44,918 bases of DNA from an uncultured Verrucomicrobiales bacterium (GTDB taxonomy: Bacteria > Verrucomicrobiota > Verrucomicrobiia > Verrucomicrobiales > Akkermansiaceae). The DNA is taken from NCBI GenBank assembly GCA_964445335.1, contig CAYUKP010000001.1, positions 1 to 44,918 of the forward strand, written 5' to 3'. Positions 1-8,610 of the stretch are shown piece after piece (within the stretch, counting starts at the first letter, position 1; each line of letters opens with the position of its first letter). The notes below the pieces were generated by a model, which worked only from the letters and a program-made list of their open reading frames with translations, searched no databases and was not told the DNA's origin. The position numbers and the translations under genes were made by a program.

Positions 1-23
1 AGTACAAGCTTAAAATGCAAAAA

Positions 24-746
24 TTACACTTTTTTAATGTCGTGAGACACTAGGTCTCGATCATTATTCCAAGTCCACTCCATGAGGGCTTGAACTTCTT
101 CAGGAGAAGCCACACAGACCTCTTTGTTTTCGCTCTTGATGGAGGGAATAGACTCGATAGGGTTATGATGGAAGTATTCCTTAGCCTTTTCATGGCGAAA
201 GATAGCTCTGAGCATCGCCAAATTTTGATTGTAGGTAGACACCGCAGGGTTCTTATCCTCCCGATACTTTCCAAGCCATTCTCGCCAAAAATCGGTCGTT
301 AGGGTGGGAATGACCTCTATTTCAATCGCTTCCACCATTCGACAAAAAGGCTTCCATCTATTTGTAAGGTAACGATGAGACCAATTAACGGCGTGATCTT
401 TCTCATAGAGATCCATCAAGTGCTTAAGGGTGAGAGCGGTTTTTGTCTTCTCAAACGACTGAGACCAAGCAATGAAAGCTTCACGTAAGCCAGCATATCC
501 ATACATTTGAGCGAGTTCATCACATTCAACCGCGGCCTCCATAAGGGCTGGACTACATTTTTGGGCAAACCTTTGTTGAGATTGCTTGAGGTTCTTAAGG
601 ATATTGGCTCGCTTGAGAGCTTCTTTTTTGGTTTTGAAATACTCTTGTTGTCGCTTTCCAGAGACTGATAAGCTTGGAGGAACGGAAAGATACCATATAG
701 ACTTTCCGATCAAATATTTTGGATTTAACGACGCCACTCTGCTCAT
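24..746 (-). CDS. phage-type tyrosine recombinase (integrase), N-terminal arm and SAM-like core-binding part only; probably a truncated or frameshifted remnant
   Basis: 240-aa ORF with a basic N-terminus and a helical core-binding-like region (..STYNQNLAMLRAIFRHE..). It continues with a '..ASPEEVQALMEW..' linker, which normally precedes the R..HxxR..Y catalytic domain. The frame then stops (TAA at 24-26), and no catalytic motifs are present. The gene lies directly 3' of tRNA-Val, the classic integrase/att context. Only 23 nt remain to the window edge, so a continuation in another frame cannot be tested. Confidence 0.5.
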   Translation of the reverse strand: MSRVASLNPKYLIGKSIWYLSVPPSLSVSGKRQQEYFKTKKEALKRANILKNLKQSQQRFAQKCSPALMEAAVECDELAQMYGYAGLREAFIAWSQSFEKTKTALTLKHLMDLYEKDHAVNWSHRYLTNRWKPFCRMVEAIEIEVIPTLTTDFWREWLGKYREDKNPAVSTYNQNLAMLRAIFRHEKAKEYFHHNPIESIPSIKSENKEVCVASPEEVQALMEWTWNNDRDLVSHDIKKV

Positions 747-851
747 ACATATTATTATACGTGGAAAAGTGGGTATTTGTCCGAAAAAAATAGTGTGGAT
801 AAGTGTGGATATACTGTGGACGAAAGGCTAGAGGTATAGAAATCTGGACAC

Positions 852-881
852 AAAAAAGGCTTCACTTATTGATGTGAAGCC
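852..881 (-). terminator. intrinsic terminator downstream of tRNA-Val (T-rich on both sides, possibly bidirectional)
   Basis: 8-bp GC-containing stem ggcttcac (858-865) / gtgaagcc (874-881) with an 8-nt loop. On the minus strand it is followed by UUUUUU (complement of 852-857). On the plus strand it is followed by tttattt. Confidence 0.6.
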
Positions 882-903
882 TTTATTTACAAGGAGTTAT
901 AAA

Positions 904-978
904 TGGTGCACGATACTGGATTTGAACCAGTGACCTCTACCATGTCAAGGTATTGCTCTACCACTGAGCTAATCATGC
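904..978 (-). tRNA. tRNA-Val (anticodon GAC), 3' CCA encoded
   Basis: The reverse complement folds by hand into a 75-nt cloverleaf: GCATGAT-TA-GCTC-AGTGGTA-GAGC-A-ATACC-TTGACAT-GGTAG-AGGTC-ACTGG-TTCAAAT-CCAGT-ATCGTGC-A-CCA. The T-loop is TTCAAAT and the anticodon loop reads T-T-GAC-A-T. Confidence 0.9.
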
Positions 979-1113
979 ATTGCACTTATGTGAGGAAATC
1001 TATGTCTTAATAAAAGGTGTTTGGCAAGCTAAAACTTTAAAAAATGTTGGTTTCTTTTTATGGGGTTCTTTTGGTTTGAATAAATACGCAAATTCATTTC
1101 ATGTAGAGAGAGT

Positions 1114-2196
1114 ATGAGTTTATCACCTCCGAGAGCTTGGGCAGAAATCAATAGGGACGCTTTGAGGCACAACTTTGAGTTTGCGAGAAGTCAAAGCGGT
1201 AATCTAGATGTGATGGCTGTTGTAAAGGCTAATGCTTATGGGCATGGAGTGAAGACAGTAGTGGAGACATTGGAGGAGCTAAGGCCGGCTTTCTATGGAG
1301 TAGCAAATGTTAGAGAGGCACGGGAGGTGAAGGAGTTGATCCCAAACGCACGGGTTTATTTGTTAGGAGCTTGCATCACGGCTGAGTATGAGGAGGTTGT
1401 GATGGAGGGGTTTACGCCTTGTGCTTCAAGTATGGAGGAAATTAAACTCTTTGAGAGATTGGCTCAATCGTATCAGAAAAAGTTAAAGTTGCATTTGGCT
1501 TTGGATACCGGGATGGGGCGCGGAGGGTTCTTACCTGGGACCAGTGATTATGCAGAAGCACTCCAATATTCGTCTCGATATATTGAAGTTGAGGGGGTGG
1601 GGTCGCATATGCCTTCATCTGATGAGGATGAGGTGTTTACAAGGCAGCAATATGAATCCTTTGCCAAGAATGTCCCTCTTTCGATGAAGTATCGTCATTT
1701 AGAGAATTCGGCAGGGTTGGTGCATTATGAGTCCAGTGGCTTAAATATGGTGAGACCAGGCTTATTACTCTACGGAGTGTCTCCTCTGGAGCAATACCAG
1801 AGTTATTTGCGACCAGTGATGACCCTTTATTCTCGGGTATCTTTGCTGAGACGTCTACCAGCTGGGCATAGTGTGTCTTATGGTAGAACGTTTATTACGC
1901 AACGAGAGTCTCTGGTTGCTGTGGTGGGAATAGGTTATGCTGATGGGGTGAGGAGGTCTATTTCAGGCAAGGGCGCTCAGGTTTTTATAAACGGTGAGTA
2001 TGCCCCTATTATTGGACGTATCACGATGGATCAGTTGGTCATAGATGTGACCGATATTGGCTCATGTGAGGTCGGAGATGTGGTGGAGGTTTTTGGGAGT
2101 AATATCCTTGTTGCGAGCTTTGCTGAATTGGCTCATACCATTCCGTGGGAAATCTTTACGGGGATCTCTCCAAGGGTGAGGAGGCAAACGGTTTAA
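1114..2196 (+). CDS. alr: alanine racemase
   Basis: 360 aa. The PLP-lysine motif 'VVKANAYGHG' lies near the N-terminus. Length and C-terminal beta-domain pattern (..GRITMDQLVIDV..) are typical of Alr. Confidence 0.93.
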   Translation: MSLSPPRAWAEINRDALRHNFEFARSQSGNLDVMAVVKANAYGHGVKTVVETLEELRPAFYGVANVREAREVKELIPNARVYLLGACITAEYEEVVMEGFTPCASSMEEIKLFERLAQSYQKKLKLHLALDTGMGRGGFLPGTSDYAEALQYSSRYIEVEGVGSHMPSSDEDEVFTRQQYESFAKNVPLSMKYRHLENSAGLVHYESSGLNMVRPGLLLYGVSPLEQYQSYLRPVMTLYSRVSLLRRLPAGHSVSYGRTFITQRESLVAVVGIGYADGVRRSISGKGAQVFINGEYAPIIGRITMDQLVIDVTDIGSCEVGDVVEVFGSNILVASFAELAHTIPWEIFTGISPRVRRQTV

Positions 2197-2272
2197 ATGT
2201 TTTATTGATTTTAAACGCTTTTTTTGTAACTATTTTTAGATCTATTTACTCTATAAAGAGTATTAGGCTAAT

Positions 2273-2500
2273 ATGAATAGAAAACGCTCCAATAACTTTG
2301 CTTCTGAAAGGGCTCACGAAATACTGTGTGGTCTTGATACCAAAGGGTATGAAAAGGCTGCAATGATTGTTTTGGTCGCCTTATCTGTTATATTGCCAAG
2401 TTTATTTGTTTATACAGGCCCACTTCTCTTAGTTAATTATGTGGTCACCAGACTGAACCCTATTTCTTGTAGGGTTACATTGGCGAGCTTCTTTTTGTAA
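2273..2500 (+). CDS. hypothetical small membrane protein
   Basis: 75-aa ORF with one clear hydrophobic segment (AAMIVLVALSVILPSLFVYTGPLLLV). I recognise no family. Supported only by ORF length and its intergenic position. Confidence 0.3.
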   Translation: MNRKRSNNFASERAHEILCGLDTKGYEKAAMIVLVALSVILPSLFVYTGPLLLVNYVVTRLNPISCRVTLASFFL

Positions 2501-2506
2501 GGTTCT

Positions 2507-3001
2507 CTATTGAGAGGTAAACTTCGACCACCAAGGAGATGGCGAGGTCTGGTTTTTGGCACTTACGCGCTCGTTTAAGGTGATAAAGTCATAAAAATAT
2601 CCAATCCCAAAGATACCTCCTGTACAAAGGTAAAGTAAGCCTGACCACCACTTGCCAAGGTAGAATCTGTGAGCTCCAAAGATTCCTGAATAGGTGTGTA
2701 GGAGCCAAGCGATAGAATAGTTGTATGAGCCTTGAGAGTATTTCATGTTGGCTTCACTGGCAATCTTAGGAATCTGAAGAAGATCAAAGGCCCACCAAAG
2801 GGCGAGAAAAACAGAGAAAGGCCAAACAAAAATCATGACGGGCCAACAGCCCAATCCAATTCCTGTAATGACTGAAAGGGCGAAAAAGATACTTCCTGAG
2901 AAGGTTTTACCAAAGTAGAAGCGATGTGCTCCGGTAAAACCTAATCCCCAGAGGCAGTATCCAACGAGCTTGCTGTGTGTTTCTTCACCAGTAATTGACA
3001 T
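2507..3001 (-). CDS. TM2 domain-containing membrane protein (two TM2 repeats)
   Basis: 164 aa, very hydrophobic. The 'GAHRFY(F/L)GK' signature of TM2 domains occurs twice (GFTGAHRFYFGK and GIFGAHRFYLGK). Confidence 0.75.
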   Translation of the reverse strand: MSITGEETHSKLVGYCLWGLGFTGAHRFYFGKTFSGSIFFALSVITGIGLGCWPVMIFVWPFSVFLALWWAFDLLQIPKIASEANMKYSQGSYNYSIAWLLHTYSGIFGAHRFYLGKWWSGLLYLCTGGIFGIGYFYDFITLNERVSAKNQTSPSPWWSKFTSQ

Positions 3002-3104
3002 GATTTAGGTTATAACAAATTTTACTGAGATGTCTTTGGGAATTTTTACTTATCTCAAACTTTTATGAAAACCTCTTGTGAGGGGGGAGTAAAAAGAAGT
3101 GTTT

Positions 3105-3722
3105 TTACATCGCATTGGAGCCCATTAGATCATCAAGACGTTGGTCAAACTGGCGATTTGCGAGTTCGCATAGGTCGCTGTCTCTGGCATCTTTTCTAGC
3201 TTGGTAGAGTAATTGTCTAGTGGCTTCTTGTTGGTCAATGGATGTTAACTTGTTGAGCGCTTTATCACTGGAATGATAAATTTCAAAGTCTTCCATTTCC
3301 ACAGTTAGGATTTCCGCCTCTGGAGGAGTGCCAATGACTCGGCCGTTCATGACGGAGAACTTCCCTGCTTTGGTGAGGTCAAATCCAGCTTTGACATTGA
3401 ACTTGCCCCTTAGGATAAGGGTCTTGCGTGCGCCTAGAAAAGTGGTTTCGTATTTGATAATCGAATGCATTTTGCGTTCGACGACGGCTAACTCTTGAAT
3501 GCGGTTGGTTTGAATCTCAAGGCTGTGTCCTGTTTGGATGACCTCTTGGTTGGTGATTTTCTCAAGGACAGTTTTGAGCTTGGCTACGGGATCTGTGACT
3601 TGCTCGATCTTTTGGGTTAGGTAATACCATGCTCCTCCACCTAGACAAATGAATGCGATAAAGGTCGTGGCAAAAAATGCTCTAAGCATTCCTGAAGAGG
3701 ACGATTGTTTAGGTTTTGACAT
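3105..3722 (-). CDS. DUF4230-like membrane-anchored protein
   Basis: 205 aa with an N-terminal TM anchor. The core '..LRGKFNVKAGFDLTKA..' and overall length resemble the DUF4230 family as I recall it. Same strand as batE, 67 nt downstream of it. Confidence 0.55.
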   Translation of the reverse strand: MSKPKQSSSSGMLRAFFATTFIAFICLGGGAWYYLTQKIEQVTDPVAKLKTVLEKITNQEVIQTGHSLEIQTNRIQELAVVERKMHSIIKYETTFLGARKTLILRGKFNVKAGFDLTKAGKFSVMNGRVIGTPPEAEILTVEMEDFEIYHSSDKALNKLTSIDQQEATRQLLYQARKDARDSDLCELANRQFDQRLDDLMGSNAM

Positions 3723-3789
3723 AAGTGAGAGAGCTTTTGGTGAAAGCTAACAAAGGTCTGAGAGCTATCCAAGAGGTTTTCCCGACCTT

Positions 3790-4611
3790 TTATTCATTAC
3801 TTTCTTTAATGAGTGCGATGGACTTTGAGGGAAGCCAACAGGTACGGTCATCGATGAGTTTGATATATTCCCAGCCAGATCTACGTTCAAGAACGGTGAA
3901 TTCAACCCCTGCGTGTAAAGGGTCTCTAAAGCTGGCTTCGTAGGATTCGCTATCTCCTTGGCGAGCAATGACTTCGGATTCAATCACAACGCCTTGTAGG
4001 GGAGCTTTTTGAAACACTGATTCATAGAAAAGGGATAGGGCGAGAATGCTCCAGATCGTACCACTAACCTTTAGGAGAGCCGAACTAAAGGAGGGGCGGT
4101 AAAAGAGCTGGATGGTAGCGACAAGCCAGAAAAGAACAAAGGCTCCGATAAAGAGTGTCCATCGTTGGTGAAATGAAGTTAGGGTATGCCAAAAGAAAAC
4201 CTTTTTCCACAGTTGGTCATTTTTCTTGTCTTCAATATTGTCCTGACGGGCTTGTCGAGCGAACTCTAAGTTTTGACGAACACCTTGATCATTTGGCAAG
4301 TATTGTTCAGCAAGACGGTAGTTAAGGATGGCCTCACCTATCATGCCTGCCTTAATGTAGGCATTACCTGCATTGTAGTAGAGAGAGCCGTTTTTTATAT
4401 TTCCTTCACGGATCAGGCGTTCGTATCTGAGAGCTGCACGTTTGAATTGTTTACGGCCTTCTACAGGGTTGGTCTTTGCTAAAGCGTTGGCTTCATGGAA
4501 TAAGTGTTCAGCATCTTGTTTTAAGGCTTGGGTTTCACTAGGAGATAGGTCTGCATATACGCAACAGACCATCCCGATGAAGGTGATAAGGGCGGGTACG
4601 ATAGAGGTCAT
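3790..4611 (-). CDS. batE: BatE-like protein (signal/TM, TPR repeats, 2 TM, C-terminal SH3-like domain)
   Basis: 273 aa with TPR-type repeats (..YYNAGNAYIKAGMIGEAILNYRLAEQYLPND..). The C-terminus (..VLERRSGWEYIKLIDDRTCWLPSKSIALI) looks like a bacterial SH3 domain. Last gene of the Bat-type operon; its ATG overlaps the batD stop (ATGA at 4608-4611). Confidence 0.75.
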   Translation of the reverse strand: MTSIVPALITFIGMVCCVYADLSPSETQALKQDAEHLFHEANALAKTNPVEGRKQFKRAALRYERLIREGNIKNGSLYYNAGNAYIKAGMIGEAILNYRLAEQYLPNDQGVRQNLEFARQARQDNIEDKKNDQLWKKVFFWHTLTSFHQRWTLFIGAFVLFWLVATIQLFYRPSFSSALLKVSGTIWSILALSLFYESVFQKAPLQGVVIESEVIARQGDSESYEASFRDPLHAGVEFTVLERRSGWEYIKLIDDRTCWLPSKSIALIKESNE

Positions 4612-6350
4612 TTGAGGTAGGGTTCAAGGTTTTGAGCAAGGGTCAGCGTTTGCTCTCTGAGTTCTTCGGTATTTGTCTCAGCACTGCTTCCTGAGAAGCG
4701 GTTGGCCTCCCCCAAAGCTAAGAGTTGTTTAACGGACTGTTCTAGAGAAGAGGGGACGGTATATTGCGTGAGACGAGGGGCAATGTCTCGATAGGTTAGG
4801 GCTTCTGGGGTAACCTTAAATTTGTGACCCAAGAAGGTTTTAAACACGAGAATGATCTCGTCTGAGGTTTGCGATTTTGCGAGCTGGCTCTTAAAGGTAT
4901 TGAGTGCTCGTTTGGCCTTTGTGTGTGAAGAATCCTTTCTCCCTTGTGTTTGAGAGCTCTTTAGGAAGAGAGCTACAACATAGCATAAAGGTAAGCCGAC
5001 CAAAAGAGAGAGACGTCCTGCGGTGAAAAGAGTCTTTGGAGGGAGTGGTTGAGATAGGAGAATGTCGTCATTGGTATAGTTGTGTAGAATCCCTTGATTA
5101 GCGGATTGAACCTCTTGGCTTGTATTGATAGGAGCAGCTGAGACGCCCTCTGCATCATCGATGGTGACCACTCTAGTTGCCTGCACTTGGATCGGAATAG
5201 GAGCGGATTTTGCTACCTTATACTGTCCTGTGCTTGTATCAAAATATGGGATTTCGATAGGGGGGATTGCGGAAACATCTGCATGCGTCGTACGAATGGT
5301 TTGCGTAAAGACTTTGCTTGTCCCTGAAATCTCTCCGTCTTCAATGTCAGAAGGGACTTTGAAATCCTTGATGAGCGAGTCTTGCTTGTCGAGAGGTGGC
5401 AGTTTGACTAATCCGACGGCGTCGCCTTTTAGGGTAATAGTTAAGGTGATGGGGTCACCTACATTGACTTGGGTCGGGGTAGCTGAGGTTTTAACGGAAT
5501 ATGTTCCAATGAGACCATTATAGTTTGCAGGCTTACCTTGCGTGGGGACTGGAAGAACTTCTAAACTTAAATCATTGGAAGGAATGACGAAGTTCTTGTA
5601 GCGAGGGCTTCGGACTTTACGCCCAAAGAAGTCTTGAGAGATCTTGTAACCGTCTTCTCCTCTGAATGATAAAAGGGCAGGGGATAAGGTGTATTGGCCG
5701 GCAGTTTTGACGGTTACGAGTTTACGAACGGTCACAGTTTGATATTCACGTCCTTTCAGAATACGTTTTTGGAGAGGGCCGTCAGGCAGGTCATAAACCT
5801 CAAATTCAGGGCGATCCATCAAAGGAATGGTAATTTCATTATCTACGGTGTTGGCACGGAAGTAGAAGGTTGCTTGGAGTTCTAATCGTTCCCCCACATA
5901 CGCACGATCTTTAGAGAGCGCCATTCTTAGCTTAAAGTCTTCGGCTTCGGTGGGCTCCTTGATGTTCATCGCGATTGCTTGAGTCCTGATGGTTTGGCCA
6001 TCGGCTTGGATATCAATCTGGGGGATAATGAGTTGACCGGCCTTAAGCGCCCGAAGAGAATAATTAAAGATATACCCAAGGCGTTTGTTTTGTGTCATCC
6101 GACCATTAACAAAGCTTACTGATTGAGACGAGTTGGAGCCTTGCCCGGTGAATTCAACATTAAAGTCCGTAAGGGAGTCTAGATTTGGAGTGTCAGGAGA
6201 TTCACTCCCTGTGATTTGGATTTGGAAATCGAAGGATTCTCCCAAGTAGGCCGTACGACCGCTTACGGCGGCTGTTGCCGCTAGGGGTTGAGCCTCCGCT
6301 ATACAGCCAAGGAAGCTTATGAGGAATATAATATGTAATAGTGTTTTCAC
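4608..6350 (-). CDS. batD: BatD-like (oxygen-tolerance family) secreted/membrane protein
   Basis: 580 aa with a signal peptide and repeated beta-sandwich-like segments (..GDPITLTITLKGDAVG..). A TM segment lies near residue 450, followed by a cytoplasmic helical tail. Position after batC is conserved. GTG start overlaps the batC stop (GTGA at 6347-6350). Confidence 0.8.
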   Translation of the reverse strand: MKTLLHIIFLISFLGCIAEAQPLAATAAVSGRTAYLGESFDFQIQITGSESPDTPNLDSLTDFNVEFTGQGSNSSQSVSFVNGRMTQNKRLGYIFNYSLRALKAGQLIIPQIDIQADGQTIRTQAIAMNIKEPTEAEDFKLRMALSKDRAYVGERLELQATFYFRANTVDNEITIPLMDRPEFEVYDLPDGPLQKRILKGREYQTVTVRKLVTVKTAGQYTLSPALLSFRGEDGYKISQDFFGRKVRSPRYKNFVIPSNDLSLEVLPVPTQGKPANYNGLIGTYSVKTSATPTQVNVGDPITLTITLKGDAVGLVKLPPLDKQDSLIKDFKVPSDIEDGEISGTSKVFTQTIRTTHADVSAIPPIEIPYFDTSTGQYKVAKSAPIPIQVQATRVVTIDDAEGVSAAPINTSQEVQSANQGILHNYTNDDILLSQPLPPKTLFTAGRLSLLVGLPLCYVVALFLKSSQTQGRKDSSHTKAKRALNTFKSQLAKSQTSDEIILVFKTFLGHKFKVTPEALTYRDIAPRLTQYTVPSSLEQSVKQLLALGEANRFSGSSAETNTEELREQTLTLAQNLEPYLK

Positions 6351-7582
6351 CAGTCTTTGTCTACGCGTTGCATCCGTCCTCTTTGTTGGAGAGGTCGCAT
6401 TTGTTTTTGATTGTTTTTCTCTTCGTTTAGAATGTCGTCAGCTGTTTCAGCCCGCGCTTGCTGGGCTTCCTGTTCTTTCTCCTCTTCTGAGTTAGACGAG
6501 TCTTGAGATTCTTGGTTTTCAGATGAATCTTGGTCCTCTGATTCAGAAGGGTTGCTTTCTTGCTCGGAGTCTTGGTTTGGATCAGATTCGCCATTTTCAG
6601 AAGGTTGTTGCTTCTGTTCGTCTTCAGACTTTTCTCCTTCCCCGTCTTTGTTTTGCTGATCTTGCTTTTGATCTTTATCGTCCTCGTCACTGAGAGCCTT
6701 GATCGCCTCTGCGATTTGAACTAAAGCTTGGGTTTGAGCTTCTTTAGCATCTGTAGGAGGGGTGGCTGAGAGTTGACTAATGGCCTTTTGTTGTTCTGCT
6801 ACAGCTTGGCTTACATGTTCCTTACATGCATCGAGCTTTTGGCTAAAGTCCGCCATTTGTTCGGTGAGTTGAGCCGGAGACGGTTTGTCTGGATCCTTTG
6901 GCGCGTTCATTTGTTGTTGAAGCTGCTCCTTGGTTTGACGAATCTCTTCTTCTATTGCCATGGTTTCACTCTGCAAAGATTTTTGTTCAGGAGCTGTAAT
7001 AGGCGATTGTAAAGAGGCACTTTGCTTTTGGGCTACTTTTTTGAGTTTTTCGATGAGGTTGTTTTCTTCTTGTTTTTGATCTTGTTGCTGCTGTTCCTGT
7101 TGCTTCTGGGCATCAATGAGGGTTTTTGCAAAGAGCCTGACAATTTCAATGTTTTCCGAGGCTTGGGTGTTCTCAGGATAGAGATCAAGGGCTTCAAGAT
7201 ACGAGTTTACACTTTCTTCACAGTGTTCAATCGCCTTGGCTAGGTCACTATCACTTTGGCGTTTGGCCAAACGAAAGGCACAGTTACCGAGGTTGTACTT
7301 GGCTGAGGCGGCTAGTTCGGTGCTTTCGCTCTCGACGGCAGCTACTTTGTAAGATTCGATAGCTTTATCATACTCCTCGCTTTGGTAGTAGATCGCTCCT
7401 TTGTTAAAGGAAAGTTCGGCGCTTTTGGGCGCTTCGACAGATGCTTCTTCGTAGAAAGCCAAGGCGCTAGCGTAATCCTTTTGCTCGTACGCGACATTTC
7501 CCTGCTTAATGAGAGATTGAGGAGTGCTAGCCAAACACCACAGGCATGAGAAAAGATATCCAATGATCGTGACGGTCTTCAT
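6347..7582 (-). CDS. batC: BatC-like TPR protein with a long acidic/Gln-rich low-complexity tail
   Basis: Signal/TM segment, then TPR repeats (..YEQKDYASALAFYEEA.. and ..GAIYYQSEEYDKAIESYK..). These are followed by about 250 aa rich in Q/E/D/S/K, ending ..RVDKDW. I place the start at ATG 7582 (MKTVTIIG..), which forms an ATGA overlap with the batB stop. The ORF track's 7624 start would overlap batB by 46 nt. Confidence 0.75.
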   Translation of the reverse strand: MKTVTIIGYLFSCLWCLASTPQSLIKQGNVAYEQKDYASALAFYEEASVEAPKSAELSFNKGAIYYQSEEYDKAIESYKVAAVESESTELAASAKYNLGNCAFRLAKRQSDSDLAKAIEHCEESVNSYLEALDLYPENTQASENIEIVRLFAKTLIDAQKQQEQQQQDQKQEENNLIEKLKKVAQKQSASLQSPITAPEQKSLQSETMAIEEEIRQTKEQLQQQMNAPKDPDKPSPAQLTEQMADFSQKLDACKEHVSQAVAEQQKAISQLSATPPTDAKEAQTQALVQIAEAIKALSDEDDKDQKQDQQNKDGEGEKSEDEQKQQPSENGESDPNQDSEQESNPSESEDQDSSENQESQDSSNSEEEKEQEAQQARAETADDILNEEKNNQKQMRPLQQRGRMQRVDKDW

Positions 7583-8610
7583 GATTGTTTGTTTTTGGGT
7601 TGTGAGCGATCTCGGATGAAACACTCGATGAGAAGCAATGTAAGAGCGATGAGAAGAAAGAGTTGAAACTCTTCTTCGTAGCGAATCATGGTTTCAGACT
7701 CTAAATCGCGTTTCTTGGCGGAGGCAATGAGTTTGGAATAAATTTCGCCTAGGTCAAAGGTTCCCGTAGCGACATTTAGGTAACGTCCGCCATCAGTGAC
7801 ATTAACCATCTTACGCAGAGTGTCTGCATCAAGACTGGTCCAAACTTCTTGACCGTTGTGTTTAAGGAACGTTTTACGCCCATTTTCATCTGTGATAGGA
7901 ATACGCTTCCCTTCGTTTTCATCACCCAGTCCGATCGCAATGAGTCGCACTCCTGCGTCTCCAGCCTTTTCCGCAGCTTCGACGGGGAAGCTGTCATGAT
8001 CTTCACCGTCTGTGATGAGGATGACATCTTTGAACTCCTTGACTTGGTCATCGAATACGGTGTTGAGAACATTACGCATCGCGTCACCGATTAAGGTGCC
8101 TCCGCGGGTAATGCTATCGGTCGAGACGTCATCTAACATCATACGGAAGAATCCATAATCAAGCGTTAAGGGGCATTGTACCGAAGATGTGCCTGCAAAG
8201 ACGACCAACCCGACTCGATCGCCTTCCAGTCTTTCGACGCAGTCTTTGATGGCGATTTTGGCGCGTTCTAGGCGACTGGGGGCGATGTCTTCTGCGAGCA
8301 TACTACGAGAGACATCTAAGAGGAAGACGACATCACGACCTTTGCGCTGTAAGGTCTGAGAGGTGGCATTCCAACCTGGACGTGAAGCAGCAATAATGAT
8401 CCCTAAGAGGCTTAGAAGGAGCAGGGTAGCCTTCCAGCGTCTGCGTGTAGGGTTAATAGAGATTTGAATCCGTGAGAGGAGGTTGGCATCAATGAGTTGT
8501 TGTAAGGCTACCTTGCGACGAGACGCTGCATAGATAAGTACGCCCCATACGATAGGGATTAACCATAACCAATATAAGGCATCAGGGTTTTGGAAGCGGA
8601 GGGAATTCAT
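7579..8610 (-). CDS. batB: BatB-like von Willebrand factor A (VWA) membrane protein
   Basis: 343 aa with N-terminal TM helices. The VWA MIDAS motif is 'LLDVSRSM', and '..VILITDGEDHD..' also fits. C-terminal TM present. ATGA overlap with the batA stop at 8607-8610. Confidence 0.85.
   Translation of the reverse strand: MNSLRFQNPDALYWLWLIPIVWGVLIYAASRRKVALQQLIDANLLSRIQISINPTRRRWKATLLLLSLLGIIIAASRPGWNATSQTLQRKGRDVVFLLDVSRSMLAEDIAPSRLERAKIAIKDCVERLEGDRVGLVVFAGTSSVQCPLTLDYGFFRMMLDDVSTDSITRGGTLIGDAMRNVLNTVFDDQVKEFKDVILITDGEDHDSFPVEAAEKAGDAGVRLIAIGLGDENEGKRIPITDENGRKTFLKHNGQEVWTSLDADTLRKMVNVTDGGRYLNVATGTFDLGEIYSKLIASAKKRDLESETMIRYEEEFQLFLLIALTLLLIECFIRDRSQPKNKQS

Noticed and set aside
6427-6690. Repetitive-looking DNA in the batC 3' half, which could be mistaken for a tandem repeat or CRISPR-like array. 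It also contains an 87-aa Lys-rich alternate-frame ORF.
   Set aside because: There are no exact repeat units with unique spacers. The pattern is codon-level low complexity encoding the D/E/Q/S tail of BatC. The alternate-frame ORF is a consequence of GA-rich codons.
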